DNA of 64,000 nucleotides, from contig RBZT01000734.1 of assembly GCA_003693705.1 (NCBI GenBank), positions 26,703 through 90,702 of the forward strand, read 5' to 3'. A program made the translations under genes and the position numbers. Shown piece by piece: positions 1 to 16,300 of this stretch (positions within the stretch are counted from its first letter, which is position 1; the number at the start of each line of letters is the position of its first letter). Source of the stretch: Polymyxa betae A26-41 (Eukaryota; Protista; Endomyxa: Phytomyxea). The notes beneath the pieces are model-generated. The model was not told the origin of the DNA, did not search any database, and worked only from the letters and a program-made list of their open reading frames with translations.

Positions 1-635
1 CATCATACAACCCTTCGAAAGAGGACCAGCAAAAAGCGATTGAGATTGCTTATGGAATTCATCTAGAGGAGAACAAAGCTGAAATGATCTGGAGTGAAAA
101 AGTGGAACAGGCCAGAAAAGCAGTTGTCGGGAACGAAGAAGACGACGAGGAGGCTGACGAAGCTGGCGACACCACAATTATTGTGAAAGCACCCATCCGA
201 GCCGAGGACCGCTTGACGAAGGCGATAAGAAACAAACGTCGACGCCATAAAATTTTGATGGCTAAGGCTTGCGTCCGAAAGCAACACAAAGCAATTCTTA
301 GGCAGATTGATACAATTCAAGACCTAGCAATAGTGAAGCCTGGATTAAAGAAATCCACAAAGACATCGCGTTCTATTCAGCTGGGAAAGTACAAAGTCAA
401 GCCTGAATTTCCAGCTGTTTTGCTTTCAGATGAAATTACCAGCAATTTGAGGGGTGTTGCTTTTCAGCCAACTATCCTTCGTGATACGTTCTTGAGCTTC
501 CAAAGAAAAGGTAATGCGTTGGTAGTAGTCTATTATATTTCTCAAGTTGTTGCAGGTCTGATTGAAGCAAGACACAAGGTCAAACCAACTCCTGTTCGTG
601 TCAAGCTATATGACCGATACAAGGATCGTGATTAA
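1..635 (+). CDS. NOP53: Ribosome biogenesis protein NOP53/GLTSCR2, 3' part (5' end outside window)
   Basis: Frame from base 3 reads [17 protein letters not shown] (Nop53 SYNP motif). The C-terminus [11 protein letters not shown]...[11 protein letters not shown]|GLIEARHK matches the Nop53 tail. One GT-AG intron at ~511-556. Confidence 0.85.
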   Translation, partial: SYNPSKEDQQKAIEIAYGIHLEENKAEMIWSEKVEQARKAVVGNEEDDEEADEAGDTTIIVKAPIRAEDRLTKAIRNKRRRHKILMAKACVRKQHKAILRQIDTIQDLAIVKPGLKKSTKTSRSIQLGKYKVKPEFPAVLLSDEITSNLRGVAFQPTILRDTFLSFQRKGNALVVVYYISQVVAGLIEARHKVKPTPVRVKLYDRYKDRD

Positions 636-696
636 CTATATAAATTGTTAACGTTGAAAGATTGTTGTCTCCAATGTGACGCAAGTCTTACTTTAT

Positions 697-937
697 TCAT
701 AAAAACTGAGTTTCCGACAACATGGCACGTGCCCATGCCAATAACGATCCATCCTGACCCGGATATGTCGCGAATCCTAAGACGCTTTTCAGTATCTGCA
801 TCATCAGTTTCAAACACGACGTAACCTTGACGTTGTTTATGTTTTGGGTTTTCTTTGCAAACGACGAAGACCCTTTTCCGGCGCTTTACGAGCTGACATG
901 CCGAACACATCGCTTTCACTGACGATCGCACCTTCAT
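697..937 (-). CDS. MRPL36: Bacterial-type (mitochondrial) ribosomal protein bL36
   Basis: [38 protein letters not shown] is a full L36 zinc-ribbon signature. An intron after QG gives the short tail [25 protein letters not shown]. Confidence 0.9.
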
Positions 938-1180
938 CTTGAGAAAACTATTATAATGACGATTGTTTATCACGAATCACGAGGTTTACTCATGTTCCGC
1001 AATTTTGAGTTTTGCAAATGTGATTACTGTCGCACATGGAGAAAAAAGTGCGCAGTTATCTGTAAAGTGTAAACTGAAAAGTGCGAACGCACTACCCCGG
1101 ACGCTGTTCCATGGTTGGAAAGTTATCCTCTTTTCTAATAGGGCTCACGATCCGAATCTGCCAACCGACCCGATGGCATA

Positions 1181-2576
1181 ATGGATTATATTGTTTACGA
1201 TGACGCTGATGACGAAGAACGCTCGAAATCCCTGGTAATACTTACTCCAATACAACAACAGTTGAGTGTTGTAATATCTCGGATCATTGAGCTCTCCACA
1301 GAAGCCTTACACAGCGTAAGTTGTCTGCAGTTTTTAAAAAATAGAATTACCAGCTAATAATTGCAGTCTATCAGGAATTTTTTAGAGCAAACTGGCATTT
1401 TTGCTGATTTAGGTGTCGTCGAACTTGAAGGATTACGTGGATGGTATTCTGTTATGCTAAATATGACGAATTCATTTTTCATACCATTGTAGCTATTCGT
1501 CTTTCGGTGAATTCATCAAAAGAATGGAAGATCTTTTCCATCAATGGACTAGGTCATGGAAATCTAAAGATGTCGATAACGCTCTATCATTTCTTTGGGA
1601 GCGTTTCAAAACTCTTTTTAGCAATGCCCAATTGCCGTCAAACGGAGTCAGTCCAGAAGATAGCGCTCCTGTATCTGATGTACAAACTGTTGTCGACATT
1701 AATTTTGGAATGTAACTTTTGGTTGCAGTTTTCTAATGATAACTGGTCAAGGAAAGCGGTTTTATCTCGAAGGAGAAAAGAGGGTAACATACCGCTGCCT
1801 GATCGACCGTCATTGCCAGATTTAAGCAGTGTGATGAGGCCTGATTATCCCATTGGGGATTCCTTCGATTATGATGATTTCCAGCCTCTGATTCCGAACC
1901 TGAAACAACCCAGGCAATGTTCTTCGATGGGAAACGGCCTTCTTGTCAGCGATATGCTTGCAATGTATAAAGCCAAACTTACTAATATCTGCCAGGTATC
2001 TTGCGAAGTCATTGCCAAACCAAGCGCTCTGTTAACAACCCCTTGCTCCGAAAGCCTGGAGCGACAAGTATTCTATGAGAGATCATACTATTCTGTTTGC
2101 TGATTCTATTCCAGTCAAAAAGCACTCAGAGCGACGACGTCTGCAGATTAGGTAGCCAAAGGCTGTCGGGTTAGTTTCGAGAGCTCTCTTTATCGCCTAT
2201 CCAATCTTCCTATCAGATAATGTTGCCCGCTCAATGCTTTCAAAGGCGTTTGCTTTGGAGATCGCTAGCGCCGGATTTGTCGGTGTGCAAATGCATGCAA
2301 TCGACGTCATTGTCGATGTCGCAATTGAGCACATACAGCAATGGGCGCGCCTTTTAAAAGGTTCTATAATTCCTGCTGTGTCGATTTCGAGCTAATCTTT
2401 GGTCCTTAGAGGACAGCTTGGAGCTAAATCTGGATCGTTTTGAAGATGGGTTGACAAAGAGGATATTGGACTTCATACGAGACAGGAAGGACTCGCTTGC
2501 CAATCCCAATGTCGGCCTCAACATTCAGTCAAACCACAGCAACGAATCGGATGCCAAAAGGCCTCGATTGTACTGA
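1181..2576 (+). CDS. SPT7/SUPT7L- or TAF8-like bromodomain-associated (histone-fold) nuclear protein, multi-exon
   Basis: A spliced exon near 2217-2360 reads ARSMLSKAFALEIASAGFVGVQMHAIDVIVDVAIEHIQQWARLLK (Bromo_TP-like). YSSFGEFIKRMEDLFHQW resembles a degenerate bromodomain helix B. NLS-like AKRPRLY* at the C-terminus. Confidence 0.6.
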
Positions 2577-2871
2577 ATATAATTATTCCCTATATATATT
2601 GTACATACTCTCATAGATTCCAACCATACCTACACCTTAAATATACATCTCGTTAATGCATAACTTTCTCCTACCACAGCCTGCGAATGTAGCTGTACAG
2701 TATTCTCTCCACATTTGCTTCGATCGATCTAGTTAGAGGTCGATGAGAAATTGCGTTTTTGCGAAAATTTTGAAAGAGAGTCGGGCATGATCTTGTTCGT
2801 GTAGCGTAAACCCGCAGGCAGAGAGGACATTGTCCTTGTAATCTGGGCGAAGGCTCATTAACTGTTTTGAC

Positions 2872-7700
<4,829 letters not shown>

Positions 7701-7818
7701 CTCAGTCTGCATTATTCCTGCTTATTATTCTTTCAACAGCAGCGTTCTGTTGATGATGCATCGATATAATGGTTTAACTGTAAAAACACTATGGATAATT
7801 AACAGCTCAGTTTTATTC

Positions 7819-9009
7819 CTAAACGAATCCACCAATAAGTGCATTGCTCTTGTAGGCTTGATCTGTTTGTCTTTCGTCGAACGACTTTGTTGTGGTTGAG
7901 GCTGCTTTCTTGGCGGCGCTGTTTACGATCCCGGCTTCGGCTGAACGATCATGGCCCTTGCTGAATTTTGCGGCGGCTTGACCAGAGCTTGCTTCCCCAG
8001 CAAGAGCACCGTTTGCTAGAGCAACATTCTGTTCTTGCGAGCCTGTCGCCCAAGAAGCATCCAGCGCCTTCATGTTCGCTGCATTAACGGCCCTGGTTTC
8101 TTCAGAATCGGCATGCTGTAATCCACCCTGTGCTGATGCCAAATGTCGTGCAGCTACCGCTCGTCCAGCCGATGCCCCAGCAGGTCCCACCAGAATCGCG
8201 TCGTTCGCTCCAGTCTGTGCAGTTAGCTGTTTGTTGAAGCCTTCGTTCACGACGTTGGCATTGCGGTTGGCCATGACATTGTTCTTGGCAGTGGTGATAC
8301 CCCGATTACGACTCTCGGCAAACTGTGCCGCCTGCATACCATCGGTTCCAATCGTAGCACCATACGGAGCTCCAATGCTTTCTCCCAGCGTCACGGCAGA
8401 TGCAGCGTCTCGGGAAGAAACACCTCGATCAAACTGATCAGAGATGAACGACTCTTCGGCCAAATGTTGATCGACGTGGTCGGCATCAGATATCGCCTGC
8501 TCGCGACCTTGCAGCATGTTCTGGTATGATGACCCGGCTCCAACCACAGGGCCACCAATCATCGATTCAGAAGCAGCGATACCTTGAACGACGCCCGTAT
8601 CCAGCGCCGAATTCGCCTGGTGTCCATTCTGCTTGACAAGGCGCGAGTTCGAGTTGATTAACGCCCCGCGATTGAATTCGTTAGTGAGCGCTTTTGTTTT
8701 CACCCCTGAAGTGCCGGCACTTGGACCGAATGGGCTAAACCCAGCGCCGATATTTGCCTGCTCGGTTGCAGCGCCAGCGGTACTGGACTGGTCGAATGAA
8801 GCGATGTTCGTGTTGCTATCAAGCTGGTCCACGTTTTCGTTGTTTACAGTGCTAAACCCTTTTCGGAATCGATCGAATTGCATCTCTTTCATGCGGCCAG
8901 CGCTGCCAGGAATGAACAAGGGATTGGCCAGGATGGCCGGCGCCAGCACCAAGAAGGTGATGACGATTGTGAGCTGCTTGCATCTAACGCTTGTCTGGAC
9001 CGATTTCAT
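7819..9009 (-). CDS. Intronless secreted Ala/Gly/Asn-rich protein of unknown function (396 aa)
   Basis: Single long ORF with a hydrophobic signal peptide (LTIVITFLVLAPAILA-NP). No Cys in the mature part. About six ~60-aa quasi-repeats. Confidence 0.8.
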   Translation of the reverse strand: MKSVQTSVRCKQLTIVITFLVLAPAILANPLFIPGSAGRMKEMQFDRFRKGFSTVNNENVDQLDSNTNIASFDQSSTAGAATEQANIGAGFSPFGPSAGTSGVKTKALTNEFNRGALINSNSRLVKQNGHQANSALDTGVVQGIAASESMIGGPVVGAGSSYQNMLQGREQAISDADHVDQHLAEESFISDQFDRGVSSRDAASAVTLGESIGAPYGATIGTDGMQAAQFAESRNRGITTAKNNVMANRNANVVNEGFNKQLTAQTGANDAILVGPAGASAGRAVAARHLASAQGGLQHADSEETRAVNAANMKALDASWATGSQEQNVALANGALAGEASSGQAAAKFSKGHDRSAEAGIVNSAAKKAASTTTKSFDERQTDQAYKSNALIGGFV

Positions 9010-9054
9010 GGATACAGTTGATGTTATGATTACAGAGGATCAAAATTGGAATGA

Positions 9055-9320
9055 TTCTCTTAGCAGAGGATCTTGTCTTCATATAGCAGACGACATCACT
9101 CTTTCCACTAGTTTACATGAGGTCTACCTCGTCTGTGATCATTGACCGAACTCCATTAGCAGAGGGTCCCGCCTTATTATGTTACTCATTTCTTGCCACT
9201 ATCTGATAACATGAGGTAGACATCGTCTGTTATCTTTGACCGAACTCCATTAACAGAGGGTCCCGCCTTATTACGTCCCTCACTCTTGTCAGTATATGAT
9301 TATATGAGGTAGACCTCGTT
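9055..9320. repeat. Degenerate tandem repeat, ~94-bp unit, about 3 copies
   Basis: ATGAGGT(CT/AG)AC(C/A)TCGT recurs at 9117, 9211 and 9304. TTGACCGAACTCCATTA(G/A)CAGAGGGTCCCGCCTTATTA occurs at ~9142 and ~9236, with a diverged copy at ~9056. Confidence 0.9.
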
Positions 9321-9727
9321 CATTAACAGTCTTCGAGCACCATTTGTCGAGAAGGTCCGATTACTAGACTCCCTCAATCAACCTTCACCTGACGACATCG
9401 ACCACGAAGTCGATTGATGGCCAAACCCGGAGCTCAAATATTTGGCTCAACGCCCTCTCTGTATGATAATGGTTGATCGTCTTCATCACGAATTTCGAGC
9501 ACGGCACGGAAGCAAATTGGCAGCATTAAAGTAGTGAAATATATCTTGACCAAACGCAGGCATGGCATAGAGCTGACTCTAGTTTGAAGCTTGCGAAACA
9601 CAAGAACTGACCGAACTATTATTCCCATCGTAGGCTGCTGAAGGCTCATGGGTGATGAGAAAGCTAATCAAGATTCGGTTTTGACGCAGGAAGCAACACC
9701 GGCCTGACTTTATATAAGGTTTTAATT

Positions 9728-11319
9728 TCAAGGAGCATCAGCAGATTCTGATGCAGATGCCCGGGGTGCGACAATCAAAACAGAATGTTGGGCGCCAGCA
9801 CCACAAGCCACAACGTCGTTGCCATCTAGTTGCTGTCCTCCGACCTTCTCGAACGTGTTCCTGTCCTCGGCCTGGCCATTACCCAGCTGCAACATTTCAC
9901 CGAACCCGCACGAATACGCCTCCCCTGATCTGGAGACCGCCAACGAATGTGTGCTGCCGCAGGCGATATCGACAATGTTTTCCAATCCAGGAACCACCGT
10001 TGGCACGTTGCGTCCGTCTAGATCGCCCATACCCAGCTAAAACTTGAAATTAACAAACAAACTGCAAAAACAGAAAAACCAATTCCAAGTTGACAAAACA
10101 CGCTCGATAAACAGATACCTCTCCGTAATTATTTCTTCCAAACGAGAGGACATGACCATCTGCAAGCAGAGCCAATGAATGATGAAGACCACCAGCGAGC
10201 TTCACGACATCTCGTCCGCGAACACCAACAACTTCTTCAGGTTTATGCAGCTGCTCTTTCTTCTTGCCATCAATACCCGACTGGCCGTACTGGTTCATAC
10301 CGAACGCGTACACCTTGCCGGTCGCTGTCACAGCAAAGCTCTGATAGGCACCGGCGAAGATTTTCACCACCTTCCCGATACTACGAACATTGACGAGACG
10401 TGGCTGTAGCAGGTTCATGCGATGATGGCGGGCGACGCGCTGCCCGATTCGAATATGTCCCCATTCATAGATGTGACCGTTCTCCAATAACACCAGCGAA
10501 TGGTTCACACCGGATGCGATATCGATGACCTTCTTTCCCTGCAGGAAGACGGGGATCGGCGTCTCGCATGGCTCGCCAGTATTCGGATTGAATCCCATCA
10601 TGCCATTCGTATCACGATAAGCACCCCAGGTATAAACACGTCCATCCACACCCAGCGCCATCGAATGCGAATCGCCGGCTGTTGCTTTGATGGCAGGGAC
10701 CGGCATGTCGACCTTCCCAGGGATCCATTCGTCGCCGGAACGCCCCAGCGCTTTCTCGTCGTTACAGCCCCAAGACCAGACGTCGCCGTCAGTGGTGACG
10801 GCGATATTGTGCAGACCGCCGCAAGCGATCGAGACGATGCGATCGTTGAGGTCGACCGGTGTCGGGAACTTCCTCTCGGTGCGATCTTCGGTGAGCCCTG
10901 GCAAGCATGAATGAAGGAGGAAGGCAGCGATAATGAGACAAACCAAGCTGTGCACATTCGCCGGTCCCGAAAACGAGAACACGACCACAACGAGCTCGTT
11001 TTAACGACGATAGGTCGAGGTCGTGCTCCGCCTTGCGCTTCAATGAAAGCGGCTTCATGGCGGCGACCAGGCCCTTCTCAGCGTCAAGAGTCCCATCAAG
11101 CTGATTATCGTCGGATTCCGACGATGATCCCTTCGATGCGTCTACAATGGATTCGTCGTCCTGCGACTGTCGGAGACGACGAGCTGTTTGGGCGAACCGA
11201 CCTCTGCGCTTCGGCAATTCTGGAGATGTTGCCTTGACCGAGCCAGCATCGGCAGAATGATCATCGACGGGCTGGTCGGGCTGCTGTTTGGGAGGTCGAC
11301 CCCGACGTTTTGGTGGCAT
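9728..11319 (-). CDS. RCC1: Regulator of chromosome condensation RCC1 (Ran GEF), 2 introns
   Basis: Seven RCC1 repeats (VLVFGTGECAQLG, IACGGLHN..VWSWGCNDEKALGR, ATAGDSHS..VYTWGAYRD, IASGVNHS, LAGGLHHS, IACGSTHS, ACGAGAQHS). Basic N-tail begins MPPKRRGRPPK. Confidence 0.9.
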
Positions 11320-11786
11320 CTTGGCGCGACAATCGACTTTTTCAACTAAAATTTGAAAAAATCGCGACCAACATGTTCGCGCAAACAATTTTTCGGAAAA
11401 TATTTCGACTTCTGTGGTTTTTGTAAATCTTCGGTTGATTCTGTGAGGTCGTATTAGCAGATTCGAATCGACTGCTAATTTCTTATAAATAGTAAGTTGT
11501 ATTAGGTCCCCAGGAAAGATTATATCTGGAGTCGGAAATAAACGCCTAATATTTAAGGCAGCACAAATATACGTTCATAAAGAGCTTGGCACTCTGACTC
11601 ATACAAATCAAAACGATTGAATAAAGGTGCCCTTAGACAGACCGTTACAAGTTTTCGAATGAAGTCGTCGCTGGATCGGGGATATTAAGCGCTGATGAAT
11701 ATATTGAGAAATGCGCGACGGACTGCGCCGCGGTCCCCAGCGCGCTTCTCCTTCAGCTCGTCACCCTCTCTCTCCATCCGTTAACA

Positions 11787-12975
11787 ATGTCGGCCGCCGC
11801 TCGCCCGCTCGTCTCTGTCTATGGCTCGTCGACGCCGATCGTGATGCCAGCCGTCCTGCTGGCCCCGATCCGTGCTGATCTGGTCCATTCCGTCCACACG
11901 AACATGGCCAAGAACCACCGCCAGCCATACGCCGTCTCTGGCAAGGCTGGTATGCAACACAGCGCTGAATCCTGGGGAACCGGTCGTGCCGTCTCCCGAA
12001 TTCCTCGTGTTAGCGGCAGCGGTACCCACCGAGCCGGCCAGGGTGCTTTCGGTAACATGTGCCGAAAGGGTCGTATGTTCGCCCCGACCAAGACCTACCG
12101 CCGCTGGCACCGTAAGATCAGCACCGGCCAGCGCCGCTACGCTGTCGCCTCAGCCCTGGCTGCCAGCGCCATCCCGTCTCTGGTCATTGCCCGTGGTCAC
12201 CGCGTCATGCAGATGAAGGAAATCCCGGCCGTTGTCGCCGGTATTGAGTCGGTCAGCAAGACTGCCAAGGCTGTCGAGCTCCTGAAGTCGATCGGCGCCT
12301 ATGTCGATGTTGAGAAGTCGAAAGACTCGAAACAGATTCGAACTGGAAAAGGAAAGATGCGTAACCGTCGTTATACTCTTCGTCGTGGTCCTCTCGTTGT
12401 TTATAACAAGGATGAGGGTGTCACCCGTGCCTTCCGTAACCTGCCTGGTGTCGATATCCAGCAGGTCGACCGCCTCAACCTTCTGGAGCTCGCTCCGGGT
12501 GGTCACCTTGGCCGGTTCATCATCTGGTCGGAGGAGGCGTTCAAGCGCCTGGACGATATCTTCGGCACCCAGAAGAAGATGTCCCAGACTCGCTCGAACT
12601 GGCGCCTGCCTCGCCCGATGGTAATTTTTCAAACTCAGCCTCCTGCAGAACTCTGAATCCCTTGATCAGGTCACTAACACCGACATCAGCCGTATCATCA
12701 ACAGCAGCGAAGTCCAAGCTGTCGTTCGCCCTGTTCAGCGCCAGAAGCGTGTCTGGACCATGAAGAAGAACCCGCTCAAGAACTTGGGCGCCATGGTCAA
12801 GCTGAACCCTTACGCCCTCACCATGAAGCGTAACGAGATCAAGACCTCGAACGCCAACAAAGAGGCCAAGGCCGCTGGTGTCAAGACCGCCGCCCAGAAG
12901 AAGGTCGCCGCTATCAAGAAGAAGAAGGACTCGATCAAGAAGAAGTTCTACAACAATGTCCTCATTGGTGCCTAA
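11787..12975 (+). CDS. RPL4: 60S ribosomal protein L4 (uL4), one intron at ~12621-12669
   Basis: [62 protein letters not shown]. Strong codon bias. Confidence 0.98.
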
Positions 12976-13300
12976 GTTTCTTCTCTCATAAACTCTCTAG
13001 CTTTGATGAGCATTATTTTTCCTAAATCTTTTTCGATTCTGGCTCGCGTGTTTGTTTCTCAAAATGTGATATCTGTAACCAACCTCCATAACGAGACGTG
13101 ACCTATCAGTAATTTTTTAATATTGTTTAAATTGAGATTCCGGATTAATAGTTGAACATTGATTGAATTCCCCATCTTAATCGTTCTTTGCAGATTAAAG
13201 ATTTGATCCTTGCTGCAATTTCTGTATTGTTTTGCCAGATGTCATAGAAAGGTTTCTTTATAAATATTGTATATATGCTACTATTACTTGCAGATAAGGT

Positions 13301-16300
13301 TTAGACGACGGTATCGTCGCCATCATGATTGTCCTTTGATTTGCCGACAGCATCGGAACCTTTTTCTGAGCTGTCCTCCCATAAGGGAACAATTTTGTTC
13401 GACAATGCCTGAAGTAATGATGATTTCCGCTTGGGTCTCGTTCCTATCAATTCCCTATTTATGTTGTTATCTGAGCTTGCGGTAGGCGACGTGAGCGCAT
13501 CTGTCGACCCGTTTAGAGATTTCCTGGGTTTCAGCACATTAGGAAACAGTGGAGCTATTATGGGTTTCTCTTCTGTTTCAAAATCGGAGCTCGTCAGCTG
13601 CGATTCCTTCGGCCCTGCTTCATGTGGATCGTGTTGATTCGAATTACGACTACGTTGGTCGCACTCGTCAACTACATCTAAATTCGAGTGTTGGCCCTTG
13701 AATTTCTGGGCCTGTTTGGTCAGCTTTCGTGCCATTCCCGCCACCATAATCGTTGATTTCAGGCTTTTGGAGTCGCTTGAGTCCTTGTCCTAGATAGAAG
13801 TCATCGATGGAATATAAGGAAATTAGCTTGCTGACATCGCTATATTGCTTAGGGAATGGATCACCCTTAACACGAACAAAGTAAGTTGACTCGTTCGGTA
13901 TTAATTGACGGCTCTTAGCGAATGCGAACCGAATCGTAGGCTTGTCTGGTTTTTGTAGCAATCGTTTCACATCGGACGAGCAATGTACAAGTTTCTCAGG
14001 ACAGGAGAACGCCAGCTGTGCCGCGAGATCAACCTGAACAGGATTAGATATTCATTGAAAACAACAAATGAATCAACTAAGAATGCAACTATCGAAAAAT
14101 AAAAAAGGAGCACAAAAAGAAATGGAAAACTGGAACTTGTGAAACAGATATTTACTGTGATGCCATAAATGCTATGTCGAAGAGATGATCCAGGAAGAAC
14201 AGCAGACAGGACACCCCCAACCGCTACTCCACAAGCGACCGAAAGAATGCCATTGTCCAAGCCAAGCTCGTTCTCGACTTCGGAGCTAGCACGAGCCAAC
14301 TCCAATGCCGCCTGGAACAAATACTCAGAGCTAGCGTGACGAGCTCTGATGCAAATACCTGAACTGCATGGGTGACTCGTGTAATTGGTCCCTGACCAGG
14401 ACCAGCTCCTGTTTCATTATCTGGGTCGGATTCGAACTCTTCTTGAGCATGACGGAAACCACAAACGAAAACGTACGATGATCCACCGCTGATTGCATTT
14501 AGAAAAAGATATTCACAAAGTCACACAATTAACAGAACGATAGGGCAAACGAAGAAAAAAACAAGAAATGATTGGAAGAATGGTGTGAAGTATGAAACTT
14601 ATTATTTACCTCAATAGATTCATGCATGAATGCTGCTGACAGATAGAATTGAACCTTTCAAACAGCTTAGAGATGACCGTTACTGATTCATGTGGTGACG
14701 ATCGATAGCGATTCAGAAAGTCGGACAGGTGAGAGAACTCGATCTGCCCCACAGCGACATTATTGCAGAGCCAGCCTTGAGGTTCGAATGACATGTCAAG
14801 CTTGGCAGCAACAGGGCGCGGAACCAGGCGTGGTAGCAGTCGATGAACAGTACGACGATGCTGATTGCCGGCCCATTCCAGAAAGAACAAACGCCGAACA
14901 TTGACTTCTCGGTCGTAACAGACGATCAACTGGCCAGCTAGTACCAGAGAGAATAGGAGAGCGGCTATCATGGTCTCGGGGAACAGAATCTCGTTTAGAG
15001 CGAATGTATTGATGATAAAAACGACCATGAAGACCAGCCCTAAACCACCAAATTCAGATTGGCAAGAAATTTTAACTCAAGCTATGGTGTGATGGGTTAT
15101 AACGTTGGGACAAAAGACAAATCGGTTCTTGTAAGCAAATAGCCCATCGCTCAAGATGTCGGTGAGTCAAAAGATTCGTACCAATCAGCAAAGAGTCTGT
15201 GTACGCCAGGGCCTGATTCTGTAATGTTGCGGTCACGAACACGATCGCAAGGCAAGTTGTGGACGGATTCGGGACTAAATCGTGGTTTCGCGATGTCAGC
15301 ATTGCCTGGATTCCAAAAGTCTGCGACAGGTGAGTTAAAATGATAAAACAATTCTCTGACTAACATTGATTGCTTGTAAGCCCAGCCGGAACAGTAACAA
15401 AGCTGCAGTACAGTGATGCTGCTCAAGAAAATGATTGAGCCGGCCACTCCAGATCGGCGACTGTATCAGAAAGCTAAGCGCTGAAGAGATGATTAAGTAC
15501 AAAACCACAACAGCGAATCCAGCAGGGTCAAATTGGATTAGAATGAGGTTAAGCAGCTCCCAGACCCCAGCCATGATTGCCTGTCGCGAAGTCAGCATCA
15601 TTGATTATGCCATGAGCACCGAATTACTGGATCGTAACCACGGGTCAGGTTCTGGAGAAGTTTATGCTCTCGAAAGCGTTGGTAGTCGCGCTCGAGCTCT
15701 TCCCTTAGTCGAGTTCAAAAACTGAAAACGTAGATTGCATCTCTTATCGCTAAACTACAAATTTTCAAAAGACACAACTCCACAGATTAAACAAGCGAAA
15801 CCTGCGCTTGATAAACACAAATACGAATTAGCTCAAAAGCAACAAAACTACTGACCATGGCACCGATAACCCAGATGTCGTCTGCAGTTCTGCAATATCA
15901 AACTTTAAAGTACGCGTAAGCGGAACAAGTAATTCAGCAAGATGAGCCTAACAGCGATTAGCCCCGGCCTGATTTGCATCAACTGTAAAACTAACGTCTT
16001 GCTGCTCAACACGGATTCGCCCGCCCAGATGTCTCACATAACTTTTAGCATTGGTGATACGTTCAAGATCATCTCGTTCTTGTTTGATTGAGTTGGTGAG
16101 GTGGTAGAACTGATTACCGTGAAATGATGAGATCTGCAACAATGAGCGATTAGAAGTATTTTCTAAATCCCTCTCGCCTATTGGATGTCAGGATCAGAGG
16201 GCAGTTTAACAAGGGACATTACTTGTCGTGAGAAGGTAAACGTCATTGGAGTTGAGGAATGGAATGGTCGGATCGGAAACATGACAAAGTTTGTTCTTTG

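Noticed and set aside
9055-9320. Repeat with palindromic core as a possible CRISPR-like array
   Set aside because: The intervening sequence is itself repeated (no unique spacers), there are no cas genes, and the context is eukaryotic.
11781-12632. Long antisense ORFs over RPL4 (and likewise over RCC1, kinesin and the secreted protein)
   Set aside because: Expected shadows of GC-rich, codon-biased sense genes.
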